A stretch of 45,329 nt of DNA from a virus (lineage: Duplodnaviria; Heunggongvirae; Uroviricota; Caudoviricetes), in IMG/VR virus record IMGVR_UViG_2541047734_000008, positions 1 to 45,329 of that record; one strand, 5' to 3'. The notes beneath the pieces are model-generated. The model had not been told where the DNA came from, made no database searches, and saw only the letters and a program-made list of their open reading frames with translations. Made by a program: the position numbers and the translations under genes. Shown here piece by piece: positions 29,077 to 38,630 of the stretch (position 1 is the stretch's first letter; the number at the start of each line of letters is the position of its first letter).

Positions 29077-29355
29077 TTACTTATTGGCGTTTTTGTATGG
29101 GCTGTTTACTTCCTTTACTCCTGGCGGATGCATAACCCACCAGAGCACATCAGAGAGCAACCAGGAAACAGACACTTTCCCTAAATGAGCACGAGCAGGA
29201 AATGCTCCCTCCTGTTCAAGTACCCAACGTCTGCTTCTTGAAAGCCCGGTACGATTGGCACACTCATGTTCGCGTATACGGCGATCATACGGTTCGCCAT
29301 GATCTTTCAGAATCTGAATGCGTTCTTCGGGTGTAGGATAAATAAATTTTTGCAT
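29077..29355 (-). CDS. AlpA-family transcriptional regulator (second copy)
   Basis: Start at MQKFIYPTPEE..; AlpA-type HTH. Confidence 0.6.
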   Translation of the reverse strand: MQKFIYPTPEERIQILKDHGEPYDRRIREHECANRTGLSRSRRWVLEQEGAFPARAHLGKVSVSWLLSDVLWWVMHPPGVKEVNSPYKNANK

Positions 29356-29418
29356 AAAAATATCACCTATAAAAAAACCCGCCAAAAGACGGGTTGATTA
29401 TATCTCATTTAATTTAGC

Positions 29419-29652
29419 TCAGGGTTTCCATTCACCTTTTACCCATTCCAGCACCTCAGATAAGCGCCAGACTTTTGTTTGTGGGCCAATACATATTTTT
29501 CGTGGAAATTTTCCTTCCTTTTCAAGTAACGATCTGTGTCTCCTGCCAAGAGCGGTTAACCATGCACATTCATCTTCCTTAATCATCCTGTCGATTGTTT
29601 CATCATTTTCAAGTTCTTCACGCGTAACTATTTGAATCATTACTGTCACCAC
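29419..29652 (-). CDS. AlpA-family transcriptional regulator
   Basis: 77 aa; ..KICIGPQTKVWRLSEVLEWVKG..; immediately downstream of int. Confidence 0.7.
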   Translation of the reverse strand: MVTVMIQIVTREELENDETIDRMIKEDECAWLTALGRRHRSLLEKEGKFPRKICIGPQTKVWRLSEVLEWVKGEWKP

Positions 29653-30841
29653 TAATTTGCTTATTCAGATAGTCGTACCACCAGTTCATAGCTTCTTTTT
29701 TTCTGTCCATATACTGGCTTCTGTTATAAACCCCGGCAACACCGCCTAATGTGTGCCCAAGCAACTGTTCAACCACATTATGTTCAAAACCATGATCACT
29801 TAGTTTTGTGGCAAACACTCTTCGCATATCATGCGCCGTCCATTTCTCCGAGTGTTTCATCCTTTTCCATGTCTTACCGATAGTTACGCTTGCCGTACAC
29901 TGACGCATATCAAACCCAATCACATTTTCTTTGTTACCTGTTATTTTTTTTAACGTAACTAACCAGTTAAACATGCCATCAGGAATCGGTCTGATTATTT
30001 CCCTGCCATTTTTGCTATGATCAGCGGGAACGCGCCATAATTTCTTATCAAAATCCCACTCTACCCAGGACGACAGTAATACTTCTGACAGTCGACAACC
30101 AAAAACTACCAGGAAACGTAAAATAATTCGGTTTTCATATGATAATTCGTGATTGTCATAATCAGTATTAATACTTCGCCATAAATCTCTGATTTCATCA
30201 TCTGTTAAAACCCTGCTTCTTCGCGCAGACTTTTTTCCCACATCACAGACCTCAAGATCATCAATTTCATGACTAATCGCGTATTTTCTTACCCTACAAA
30301 ATTTAAGCGCCTGTTTTGATATACGCAACAAAGCTCCGGCCTGTACAGGTGCTACTTTTTTTATTTTGTCAAAACACTTAATCCACATAGATATAGAGCA
30401 ATCACTAAGTGGTACATGACCAATCACCGGATAAATATGTTTACCAAAGCACTGCCTGATATGTTCTGCTCCCCTACGCTTATCCATTGCATAATTATCA
30501 AGCCAGTATTCAAGTGCCTCACGAACGGTAACAGGTTGCAAGGTGGCTTCCCGTTCAATTTTTATCTGAATCCGTGGATCTCTGCCCTCCGCAAGCCAGG
30601 TTCGACACTGATCGCGCATCTCTCTCGCTGATTTGAGACTCAGATCAGGATATTTTCCAAGTGTCAGCCAGATGGGCGCGGTTCCCCTTCCCGCCAGTCT
30701 GTAAAAGAAAACAAAACTAACACATCCGTATTTACTGACCCGTACCGAAAGCCCGTTACCATCAGCGATGGTTTCCTGCCTCTCACTCCTGCGTCCAAGC
30801 AGGGAACGAAGTTTTTTATCGCTCAGTTTGTTTAGCGCCAT
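29618..30841 (-). CDS. Tyrosine integrase (P4-type)
   Basis: Start at MALNKLSDKKLRSL..; C-terminal catalytic region ..HDMRRVFATKL...LLGHTLGGVAGVYNRSQY..; adjacent to the island boundary. Confidence 0.9.
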   Translation of the reverse strand: MALNKLSDKKLRSLLGRRSERQETIADGNGLSVRVSKYGCVSFVFFYRLAGRGTAPIWLTLGKYPDLSLKSAREMRDQCRTWLAEGRDPRIQIKIEREATLQPVTVREALEYWLDNYAMDKRRGAEHIRQCFGKHIYPVIGHVPLSDCSISMWIKCFDKIKKVAPVQAGALLRISKQALKFCRVRKYAISHEIDDLEVCDVGKKSARRSRVLTDDEIRDLWRSINTDYDNHELSYENRIILRFLVVFGCRLSEVLLSSWVEWDFDKKLWRVPADHSKNGREIIRPIPDGMFNWLVTLKKITGNKENVIGFDMRQCTASVTIGKTWKRMKHSEKWTAHDMRRVFATKLSDHGFEHNVVEQLLGHTLGGVAGVYNRSQYMDRKKEAMNWWYDYLNKQISGDSNDSNSYA

Positions 30842-31012
30842 GTGATTTATAACCCGTTTTTGCAATACACAGTGCAATACACAAATGATGAAAACAGCCA
30901 GAACCTTCCAGAAAAAACAAAAACGACGAACAAGAAAAAATCTTTTTCTTTCATTTGGTTACTAAAAAAATCAGGACAGGTCGCACTGTTGTTACGGCGT
31001 GATGTTACTTTC

Positions 31013-32040
31013 TTGGTAAAAAAATTCACCCGCGCAGAGACCTGTTCTTTCGCTTTTTTCGCCAGGCGACGCAGATCATCCCAGCGTTTACAGATGCCCA
31101 GGCCGGGATTCGCTTTCTGCCAGACCGTTTCATCAAACGGATCATCTCCCTCATCGAGGGTGTAAATAATCGCAAAGTAGGAGTCGTCTTTTACCGCGCC
31201 CTCCACGTCGCTGTTATAGCCACGCAATACCTTGATGGCGTAATCACGCTGCTCGTAACAAATCCCTTCCTTGTTAAACCCTGCCGTGGTGATACCAAAT
31301 AAAAGGGACTGCAGACGGGCACCGGTTGCCGTTTCCAGAACGTCCCACACGTCACGGGTTTTATGTGCATGCAGCTCATCAATAATGGCGCAGTGGATGT
31401 TCAGACCATCCAGGTTGTTTGCATCCGAAGAAAGCGGTTCAAATTTTGATGCGCTCTGCTCCTGGTAAATCGCCAGCTTGTTGAAATCAAACAACCGCCC
31501 GAGTGTCGACCGGGCTTTTCTGACCATATTTTTGGCGTCTTCAAACACGATTCTGGCCTGGTCACGCGTGGTTGCGGCTGAATACACCTCAGCTCCGCCT
31601 TCACCATCTGCCCCCGTCATATACAGGCCGATACCCGATGACAGAGTTGATTTTGCGTTTTTACGGGCGACTTCGTTGTACGCCGTCCGGAACCGGCGCA
31701 CCATCACCGGACGTCCGCTGCCATCGCTGCGCATGACAACTTCCCCGGTCTCTTCATTGACCAGCGGAATGACAAAACCAAAAATATTAATGAGGATAAA
31801 TACATGCCAGTCCATCAACTCAATGGGCTGGCCTGCCAGCGCCCCTTTTACATGAGGCACAAATTTGTAGAAATTCAGGATGTGCTGCGCACGGGGTTCA
31901 CTGAAATAAATCCCCCGCTCTTCGCCGTACTTCAGATCATCAAGAAAACGCTGGCAGGCCAGGCGGACAAATTCGCCAGCAACAATTTCTCCTGCAACAA
32001 CACGTTCGGCGTAGCGGATCCCGTCAGCCACTTTTGCCAT
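31013..32040 (-). pseudogene. Prophage terminase large subunit, N-terminal (ATPase-domain) fragment
   Basis: 397 aa ORF with Walker-type ATPase region; homology to island TerL residues 1 to ~310 ends at ..ARVNFFTKK, then about 45 unrelated codons run into island DNA near the integrase. Confidence 0.85.
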
Positions 32041-32522
32041 CAGTCTCTCGCTTTTAAAAGCTCCGCCAGCGGATCAACATCATCCGGTCCGGCGATATTT
32101 ACTTTAGCCCGGCTTGCCGGTGACATACCAAACTCTGCAAGCATTGCCCGGATCCGCTTCCAGGCATCCGCTTTCATTGCCGCCGCGGGGTGCGCCTTAA
32201 TCAGTACATCACCGCTCTGCGTTTCCGTGCGGTAGGTATACCCCTCAACATCGAGTGTTTCGCAGTGATGCCGATATTCGGTGTAGGCTTCCACCAGCAG
32301 CTCGAGCGCACGCGCATCAAGCTGAGAAATGATCCCTTCCGCATTCAGCTCTTCCGCCATTCGCCTGAACCAGTACTTCCCCTGAGCCCCTAAATGCTGC
32401 GGAATTTTAGGAAGACCTTTTTCATCCTTTTTAGCGGTTTTTTTGTGGTCTTTAACGGGGCGCTTTGAGGGGTTACCTCGAATCAAATGCAGGCGTGGCG
32501 GGGTTTTCGGAGGTCCTGACAT
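32040..32522 (-). CDS. Prophage terminase small subunit (P27 family)
   Basis: 160 aa, MSGPPKTPPRLHLIRGNPSKR..; immediately upstream of the terL N-fragment. Confidence 0.8.
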   Translation of the reverse strand: MSGPPKTPPRLHLIRGNPSKRPVKDHKKTAKKDEKGLPKIPQHLGAQGKYWFRRMAEELNAEGIISQLDARALELLVEAYTEYRHHCETLDVEGYTYRTETQSGDVLIKAHPAAAMKADAWKRIRAMLAEFGMSPASRAKVNIAGPDDVDPLAELLKARD

Positions 32523-32670
32523 AATCGGTCTTACCTATCAATCGTTTGTTCACATTTCCAAAAAAAAGTTTTCGAACCTGCGGCGATGTGAGGAAGGGTC
32601 AGGCGGCGGTACTGAGCAGCCAGGGTTGCAGAGATTTGACCCGCCCCTCCCCTACAGATGGGAACTGTTA

Positions 32671-33021
32671 TCAATTGATGCGTTCGCGCGCTGTTTTTGC
32701 TTTATGACAGGGCCAGCACAGACTCTGCAGGTTACTGTCTGCATCTGTGCCACCATGAGCTTTCGGAATGATGTGGTCCACAGTTCTGGCTTCAACGGCT
32801 CTCCCATTGCGCAGGCAGTTCTGACACAGATGATTATCACGCTTCAGTATGCGCGCACGTATGGCATCCCATTTCGAGCCATAGCCACGCTGGTGGCGGC
32901 TCAGTCCGCGTTGATGCTGTACCCATCCTTCGCCACGATGTTTATCGCAGTAACCAGAACTGTCTGTGGTTGTACCTGCACATCCACGCTTACGGCAGGC
33001 GCGTGGGATTCGTGATGGCAT
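32671..33021 (-). CDS. Prophage HNH endonuclease
   Basis: 116 aa, Cys-rich, ..VDHIIPKAHGGTDADSNLQSLCWPCHKAKT.. Confidence 0.8.
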   Translation of the reverse strand: MPSRIPRACRKRGCAGTTTDSSGYCDKHRGEGWVQHQRGLSRHQRGYGSKWDAIRARILKRDNHLCQNCLRNGRAVEARTVDHIIPKAHGGTDADSNLQSLCWPCHKAKTARERIN

Positions 33022-33028
33022 AAATACC

Positions 33029-33229
33029 TCACACCCTGTTCAGTTGAATGACGGGCTGATTCTCGATATGTTCTGCTGTCAGTCTGAAAGTCACAGTGAC
33101 TGTTGGTGGCTCGCCTCCGCGTGACTCTGTCCTGGCGGAAAGCTGCCCTTCCAGTAACTCACCATCAACTGCAATCCCATACCCTGCGAAATGTTTACCA
33201 CGATACAGTTTAGCGACCTGAAACTTCAT
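33029..33229 (-). CDS. Hypothetical protein
   Basis: 66 aa ORF upstream of HNH. Confidence 0.35.
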   Translation of the reverse strand: MKFQVAKLYRGKHFAGYGIAVDGELLEGQLSARTESRGGEPPTVTVTFRLTAEHIENQPVIQLNRV

Positions 33230-33473
33230 AACTCTTCCTTTTAGACATGTTAGACGTGAACCTGTCGCACGGCAGAGTCGCCGAAAGTTTACGGTTTACC
33301 CAGGCTCACAGCTGAAAGCCTTTCTTAGATGTGCACATGCGATATGCTTTGAATGAATTATTAAAAACTTTACTCTTTTTCAAAATTTCGTATCCTGGCT
33401 CGTTAATGTTAAAGAATTAAACGTAAGAAAGTAGTATGTTGAATCGCTTATATCAAAATACATAGGACTCAAA

Positions 33474-33959
33474 ATGCCAGAACTCGTTGATCCAACAGAC
33501 TCATTAATTAGTTTTCAATACGCCTTTTCTAATGGTCTGATTAAGCCTTCACCATGCATAGTTCACCCAAATATGAAGGTGCTTTTGGATGATGCAGAGG
33601 GTACACCACGGTTTACTTATGCATTCTTTGAAGGAGAAAATGTTAAAGGTGTTGCTATATATGTCCCTGCAGAGTTTGTTGAAGGTAAACCATGCTTTGG
33701 CGTTGGCTATGCAGTAGCCGATGAATATAAAGCGCAAGGCATCGGTACTCAACTTCTCATCGCCAGCATTGAAGAAATGCAATACGGATTTAGAAATTCC
33801 TTCAATGAATTCTATGTAGAGGCTATTGTCGGGGTTGGTAATCAAGCCTCCAACAAATTAGCTGCAAAAGTTTTATCTGATACTCCTGAGCCAGGGACAG
33901 ATTCTTACTCAGGAAAACCTATCAATCAGTACATGAAACTTTTCAAAACCACAAAATAA
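33474..33959 (+). CDS. GNAT-family N-acetyltransferase (moron-like gene)
   Basis: 161 aa; ..GVGYAVADEYKAQGIGTQLL.. acetyl-CoA-binding motif; opposite strand to the late operon, AT-rich flanks, own terminator. Confidence 0.6.
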   Translation: MPELVDPTDSLISFQYAFSNGLIKPSPCIVHPNMKVLLDDAEGTPRFTYAFFEGENVKGVAIYVPAEFVEGKPCFGVGYAVADEYKAQGIGTQLLIASIEEMQYGFRNSFNEFYVEAIVGVGNQASNKLAAKVLSDTPEPGTDSYSGKPINQYMKLFKTTK

Positions 33960-33970
33960 CTACCATTCTG

Positions 33971-33993
33971 GCGCAGATTTTTGCGCCTTTTCA
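33971..33993 (+). terminator. Intrinsic terminator after GNAT gene
   Basis: GGCGCA-GATTTT-TGCGCC followed by TTTTC. Confidence 0.6.
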
Positions 33994-34137
33994 GGTTTGC
34001 AGTTCACCTGCCACGCTTTGTTATGCGCCTGAATGTCCCGCTTCGTCTGTTGCATTATCATAAGTAATAGCGTAGGTTGACACCTTGGCTCTCTTTCGCC
34101 ACCGGCGAATCTTTAGCGGATTATCCTTGGCCGTTTT

Positions 34138-34620
34138 TTATCTGAGACATTGCTCACGAATGTATAGCTGTGCCCCTTCCAGTTGCTTCTGCATCGTCAT
34201 CAACCGTTCTCTGAGGGTGAAATAATCCCGTTCAGCGGTGTCTGCCAGTCGGGGGCTGGTTGCATTATCCACGCTGGTGGGTCCGGTGGCTTCACGCACG
34301 GCTGCGGAGCAACTGGCATTGACCCGCAGGCGCTTACGACCAGCGGCAACATCAGCGCGCAGAGTTTCATTTTCAGCTTTCGCATTGGCTAATTCTCTCG
34401 AGTACTTTGCATCGAGCGCAGCAACATCACGCTGACGCTGTTGCATGTCAGCGATGGTGGCAGTCGCCTGCTTCAGCTCACTGACTTTTTTATCACGCTG
34501 TTCTTTGTAGGCGATGGCGTTATCACGGTAATGATTGACCGCCCACGACAGGCAGACGATGGTGCAGATAACCAGAGTATAAATAATCGCTGCGACTCTG
34601 CTCACTGATCTATCCCCCAA
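34138..34620 (-). CDS. i-spanin Rz
   Basis: 160 aa, N-terminal TM segment, coiled-coil; follows the endolysin. Confidence 0.8.
   Translation of the reverse strand: MGDRSVSRVAAIIYTLVICTIVCLSWAVNHYRDNAIAYKEQRDKKVSELKQATATIADMQQRQRDVAALDAKYSRELANAKAENETLRADVAAGRKRLRVNASCSAAVREATGPTSVDNATSPRLADTAERDYFTLRERLMTMQKQLEGAQLYIREQCLR
34200..34385 (-). CDS. o-spanin Rz1 (lipoprotein embedded in Rz in alternate frame)
   Basis: 61 aa, lipobox LVVSAC, Pro-rich; entirely inside Rz. Confidence 0.75.
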   Translation of the reverse strand: MRKLKMKLCALMLPLVVSACGSMPVAPQPCVKPPDPPAWIMQPAPDWQTPLNGIISPSENG

Positions 34621-35135
34621 CAGGCTAATGCGCTTTCCTGGTCACGACGAATAACCTGTCCATAGCAGTTATTTGAACGTATGCGGCAATCGCGCCCACC
34701 ATCTTTTATCCACCAGCGAATCGCCTCGCATGCGCCCTTACGATCACCGGCATTCAGCCGCTTATAAAACGTCGACGGGAAACACTTACCGGGGCCAATG
34801 TTATAGGGACAGAATGACGCTATACCCGCTTTCTGTGGTTCGGTCAGTGGTACTTTAATATTGCGCTCCACCCATGCCAGCGCCTTATCACGTTCAATAG
34901 CGTTAACCTGGTCGCATTTTTCCTTCGACAGCTTCATTCCCGGTATGACGGGCTTACCATCCACCATTGTGGCACCACGACAGATGGTCCATATACCGGA
35001 ACCATCGCGGTATGCCGTAGTGTGGTTACCCTCTTTTTCATCCAGAAACTGGTCAAGTATTTGAGGAGCAGACGCGCCTGCAGCAATCAGCGCCAGAACA
35101 GCAGCTGACAGGCCGTATTTGATTTTTGCGCTCAT
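34602..35135 (-). CDS. SAR endolysin (T4-lysozyme-like, GH24)
   Basis: 177 aa; N-terminal weakly hydrophobic Gly/Ala-rich segment [18 protein letters not shown] then ..[22 protein letters not shown].. Confidence 0.85.
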   Translation of the reverse strand: MSAKIKYGLSAAVLALIAAGASAPQILDQFLDEKEGNHTTAYRDGSGIWTICRGATMVDGKPVIPGMKLSKEKCDQVNAIERDKALAWVERNIKVPLTEPQKAGIASFCPYNIGPGKCFPSTFYKRLNAGDRKGACEAIRWWIKDGGRDCRIRSNNCYGQVIRRDQESALACWGIDQ

Positions 35136-35190
35136 GGATATTTATCAGGATGCTACCAATGAAAGATACTGGAAAGCCAACTGCAAAAAG

Positions 35191-35505
35191 CTAACAACCT
35201 GTAATCGAGTTATCAGAACTGTTAATTTTTATGGTATACCGCGCCTCTGAACAGGGGCGCGTTTCTGGCAACAGCTCGTCCCCTTCACATAACCCGGCAG
35301 CAACATCCAAGAAGACCTGTCTGATGCTCCTTCTGGCTGCTGCCTCATAAAACTCCAGCGCGGCACCTTCAACACGGTCCAGCGAGATGTCCAGGTCAAA
35401 AATTTCACCGTCAAAGCGTTTTTTGTCCCGTAACGCTAAAGTTACCGTAACTTTATTCTCAAAATTGCGGATCCCTTTCACAATCAGTTCATAGTTTTGA
35501 GTCAT
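35191..35505 (-). CDS. Hypothetical protein between holin and endolysin
   Basis: 104 aa ORF; position matches small conserved genes in Qin-type lysis cassettes. Confidence 0.5.
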   Translation of the reverse strand: MTQNYELIVKGIRNFENKVTVTLALRDKKRFDGEIFDLDISLDRVEGAALEFYEAAARRSIRQVFLDVAAGLCEGDELLPETRPCSEARYTIKINSSDNSITGC

Positions 35506-35509
35506 TGAA

Positions 35510-35725
35510 TTACTCTCCCCGTGCAGCCTTACGCTTGTCTTCTCTGATTTTGAAGTACAGATTTGTCAGATAAGTCAGGAAGCCCAGAACCAGACTCCCC
35601 AGTACACCAATCGCAGCCCACTGTGAAGGACTGACCTGATCAAGCCACTGTAAAAACCAGTAGCCAGCACTGCCTGCGGAGGTGCCGTAGGCAATGCCCG
35701 TTGAAATTTTGTCCATGGATTTCAT
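35510..35725 (-). CDS. Pinholin (phage 21 S-type), dual-start motif MKSMDK
   Basis: 71 aa; two TM segments; Met1 and Met4 consistent with antiholin/holin dual start; near-identical to remembered S21 sequence. Confidence 0.85.
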   Translation of the reverse strand: MKSMDKISTGIAYGTSAGSAGYWFLQWLDQVSPSQWAAIGVLGSLVLGFLTYLTNLYFKIREDKRKAARGE

Positions 35726-35785
35726 AGCCTCACCTCCGCAAATAACGGATGGCGTAGTTTTACACTGAGAAATGAAAGGGATTTG

Positions 35786-35810
35786 AAAAGAAAAACCCGC
35801 AAAAGCGGGC
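35786..35810 (-). terminator. Intrinsic terminator between tRNA cluster and holin
   Basis: Minus strand CCCGC-TTTT-GCGGG followed by TTTTTCTTTT. Confidence 0.55.
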
Positions 35811-36016
35811 GAAACGATATATACAGAAAGGAAAGCACTCTATCCAACAAACCACCCACAGTTAATCGGAATAAAAGCAGAGTGCTTATGAATGATCGCC
35901 TGCTCGAAGGTTAGTATTTCTGCACAGCAATTTTGCAAAAAAAGGCGATCATTCATAACTTAAACGTCTTTCAGTCACTCCGGGATTTCCCATCATCGCA
36001 GACTGAAAGACTCTAA

Positions 36017-36092
<76 letters not shown>

Positions 36093-36094
36093 AT

Positions 36095-36171
<77 letters not shown>

Positions 36172-36172
36172 A

Positions 36173-36249
36173 CTGGACCGCCACCGGGGACTCGAACCTC
36201 GCACACTCAACTTAAAGGGTTGACGCTCTTTCCTGATGAGCTAGTGGCG
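36173..36249 (-). tRNA. Atypical tRNA-like gene, anticodon UUU (Lys) by position, with C at position 33
   Basis: Acceptor CCGCCAC/GTGGCGG, anticodon stem TCAAC/GTTGA, loop CCTTTAA, T-loop TTCGAGT with one T-stem mismatch, CCA encoded. Confidence 0.5.
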
Positions 36250-36250
36250 G

Positions 36251-36326
36251 CTGGTGGCCCTTGCTGGATTTGAACCAGCGACCTGGCGATTATGAGTCGC
36301 TCGCTCTCACCACTGAGCTAAAGGGC
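36251..36326 (-). tRNA. tRNA with CAU anticodon (Met or lysidine-modified Ile2)
   Basis: Acceptor GGCCCTT/AAGGGCC, anticodon loop CTCATAA, T-loop TTCAAAT, CCA encoded. Confidence 0.75.
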
Positions 36327-36430
36327 CGGGCGCAGGATAATAACGTTACGAAATCAATGTTGCAAGCATTCAAAAATCACCCTTATCTCCTCCACTAGCG
36401 CATTCACCATGTCTATCCGAGATAAGTGGC

Positions 36431-36453
36431 ACAAAAAACCCGCTTGTGGGCGG
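36431..36453 (-). terminator. Candidate tR'-like terminator downstream of Q
   Basis: CCCGC..GCGGG hairpin flanked by A6 and T-run (bidirectional look); about 60-70 nt downstream of the candidate late promoter. Confidence 0.45.
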
Positions 36454-36504
36454 GTTTTGTTTGCTTTTGCCATCACGTACAAAATCGGCAAAATATCAGA
36501 TTTG

Positions 36505-36539
36505 CATGAAATATATGCCTTTCAATCTACTTTTGCAAC
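36505..36539 (-). promoter_or_regulatory. Candidate late promoter (pR'-like) at the 3' end of Q
   Basis: TTGCAA, 17-bp spacer, TATATT-like -10 on the minus strand. Confidence 0.4.
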
Positions 36540-37217
36540 ACTTTGCTTTGAAAATGCCGCCTTTTGTTTTGAACGTGTTCTCATTACAAACAATAAAGCC
36601 TCACTATCAAGTCGGTGAAAAATGTGTTTCATTGCAACCCAGTGACGAGTAAATGTTTTGGACCAGTTTTTAGTTGTCACTCCCGCCAGTAATGCCAGCT
36701 CCTGGTATTCATAACCTTCCCCACCAAAAAGTTCTGCTTTTACTGCCTGCGCCGCCAGCCAGATTAATTTTTTCAGGCGTTCCTGCGTTTTCCCTGCAAT
36801 TTTTCTGGTACCGGATTGAGTATTAAATTCATTCCACGCCCACTGTGTTATCGCGATCTGATATTCCCAACAAATACTCCCGCTGTAACACCACAACAAC
36901 CAGGCTTTATGATGTTCTTCAAGAGACAGAACAGCCCGCCGCCACGATGATGTCGAAAACTCAACCGGACTGACCAGAGGTATTGACGTCCCCTTCGCCA
37001 GCGATTGCTTTCCCGGGATTGGTGGATTATCCCGCGTTATCATTTTTCCAGTCACTTCATCGCGGTACCGGATTTTTTTTCGCCTGTAACGCCCTGTATC
37101 GAACATGGCATTCTCTTGCCAGGCTTCAAGCTGACCTTTTGTTGCCCCACTCAAATCAGCGGTGGCGATAATGAGCTGCTCACGCACAAACTGTAAATAC
37201 TGGTTATTCATGCGCAC
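36522..37217 (-). CDS. Late-gene antiterminator Q (phage 21/82-type family)
   Basis: 231 aa; between RusA and the tRNA/lysis region. Confidence 0.65.
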   Translation of the reverse strand: MRMNNQYLQFVREQLIIATADLSGATKGQLEAWQENAMFDTGRYRRKKIRYRDEVTGKMITRDNPPIPGKQSLAKGTSIPLVSPVEFSTSSWRRAVLSLEEHHKAWLLWCYSGSICWEYQIAITQWAWNEFNTQSGTRKIAGKTQERLKKLIWLAAQAVKAELFGGEGYEYQELALLAGVTTKNWSKTFTRHWVAMKHIFHRLDSEALLFVMRTRSKQKAAFSKQSVAKVD

Positions 37218-37567
37218 TCCAGTTCTGTGATTTTTATCCCCAGCCGCCCACCAGGAACGAGCTGACCGCGCACAATATTGATTTCATCAAACTGCTCGTC
37301 GTCTATAAGTAGTCCGGCATGCGTCAGCGCATCCAGTGGTGCCTTCAGGATATTGTCCAGGTCGCGGCGGCGCTTATCCGGTGGCTCTGCAATCACCTTT
37401 ATCGCCAGCCTTCCGGACAGGCTTAATTTCAGCCGCTGCTGGCGAACAATAAGCACCACAGCCCGGCGATAACGCTTTCCCTCCTCCGAGATAAAATATG
37501 TGCTGCCACGGCGTCGCCAGTAAGTGTTCACCGTCGGCGGGTAAGGTAAAACCAAATCTATGAGCAT
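37208..37567 (-). CDS. rusA: RusA-family Holliday junction resolvase
   Basis: 119 aa; ..LPYPPTVNTYWRRRG.. and ..RRRDLDNILKAPLDAL.. RusA motifs. Confidence 0.85.
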   Translation of the reverse strand: MLIDLVLPYPPTVNTYWRRRGSTYFISEEGKRYRRAVVLIVRQQRLKLSLSGRLAIKVIAEPPDKRRRDLDNILKAPLDALTHAGLLIDDEQFDEINIVRGQLVPGGRLGIKITELECA

Positions 37568-37579
37568 CAGTCACCTCTT

Positions 37580-38557
37580 TTACCCAAGCACGCCAGTTGC
37601 AAAGGCGTGATCAAGAAAACGAAAAATTAAATCAACCTGAGAACCATGCTTTTCTTCGAACGCCAGAGGATCCGCATGAAGCTCGTTGTGATGCTCCCGA
37701 CACAGCGGTAGCGTGAAAATATCGTGAGATTTTGTCCCCATTCCGCCCTGACCATGACCAATCAGGTGATGGGGATCGTCGGCTGGCTTACCACAACACG
37801 CACACGGCTGTGTCTTCACCCAGCGTGTGTATTTCTCGTTAACCCAGCGGCGACGTTTAGGTCGTTTCATGAAAGATTCCGGAGACTCAGGATCAACGGC
37901 AATGCTGACCACCGTCTTTTCCTGTGGTGGGTTCTGTTGCTGGTGGGCGTGAGGCAGCGGCGCAAGATTTTTTGTGCGCTGTTTCAGTATGCTGGTGGCG
38001 GTCTGCTCTCCCGGTACGATGTCGCTTTCACGGTACATTGAGCGGATTTTTTCCGCACGCAACCCCAGCGAACGACGTAATACCGCTTCCGGTAGCGCGT
38101 CCGCCACCTGATTGCGGACCGCCCACCAGGATAATTCAGCCAGAGATAATTCACGCTCCTGCGTACCGCTTATTGCGTGACCGATGACGTCAATCATCCA
38201 TGCTGACAGGTTTTGATGAGCAAGTTGCTCGAGTGATTCGGATGTCTGGTCACGCAACTGGTTGTCGCAGTGCCAGCACAACACCATTGCGCCGGTACCA
38301 TAACGGTGAATGACGGTTTCGCTGTGATGATAATCGCCGTGTGGCCACTGGCAGGATTTAATATGGCGCAACAGCCAGTCAGACAATGCACCAGCACCAC
38401 CAGCAGCACGAATCACCCGTGCGTTACTGAAAAACGGCAGCAATGTTTTGTCTTCCACCAGCGGCTGGCGAACGGCAGGAACGACCCCGGACGGCAGATT
38501 ACGCATGCTTTTCGGTTCAGGCTCCACCAGCACTCGAGGGTTATGAAATACTTGCAT
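37580..38557 (-). CDS. DUF968-family prophage protein (YdfU-like), C-terminal HNH-like Cys/His cluster
   Basis: Start placed at internal Met (MQVFHNPRV..); ..CACCGKPADDPHHLIGHGQGGMGTKSHDIFTLPLCREHHNELH..; the ORF track's longer start at 38701 is possible. Confidence 0.6.
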   Translation of the reverse strand: MQVFHNPRVLVEPEPKSMRNLPSGVVPAVRQPLVEDKTLLPFFSNARVIRAAGGAGALSDWLLRHIKSCQWPHGDYHHSETVIHRYGTGAMVLCWHCDNQLRDQTSESLEQLAHQNLSAWMIDVIGHAISGTQERELSLAELSWWAVRNQVADALPEAVLRRSLGLRAEKIRSMYRESDIVPGEQTATSILKQRTKNLAPLPHAHQQQNPPQEKTVVSIAVDPESPESFMKRPKRRRWVNEKYTRWVKTQPCACCGKPADDPHHLIGHGQGGMGTKSHDIFTLPLCREHHNELHADPLAFEEKHGSQVDLIFRFLDHAFATGVLG

Positions 38558-38630
38558 GGATTCACAGCCCGGCCTAAGGACCACAAGCCCGAGTTCCGGT
38601 ACCAGAACAGGTCGAAGTAATATCCGCACG

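Larger units (their letters stand above)
16364..31019. mobile_element. ~14.6 kb integrative island with own capsid/packaging module but no tail genes (capsid-forming PICI-like satellite), inserted in prophage terL
   Basis: Bounded by the two complementary terL fragments; shared core TTGGTAA at 16364..16370 and 31013..31019; integrase at the right end; gene content int-alpA-bro-rep-ssb-capsid-protease-portal-connector-HNH-terS-terL. Confidence 0.8.

Noticed and set aside
35726-36016. Possible Shiga-toxin (stx) locus between tRNA cluster and holin, as in Stx phages
   Set aside because: Only about 290 bp of noncoding sequence with a terminator hairpin and a 15-bp inverted repeat; no ORF of toxin size.
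36409-36652. Plus-strand ORFs of 68-69 aa downstream of Q
   Set aside because: They overlap the Q 3' end and the predicted late promoter/terminator region on the opposite strand; likely noncoding.
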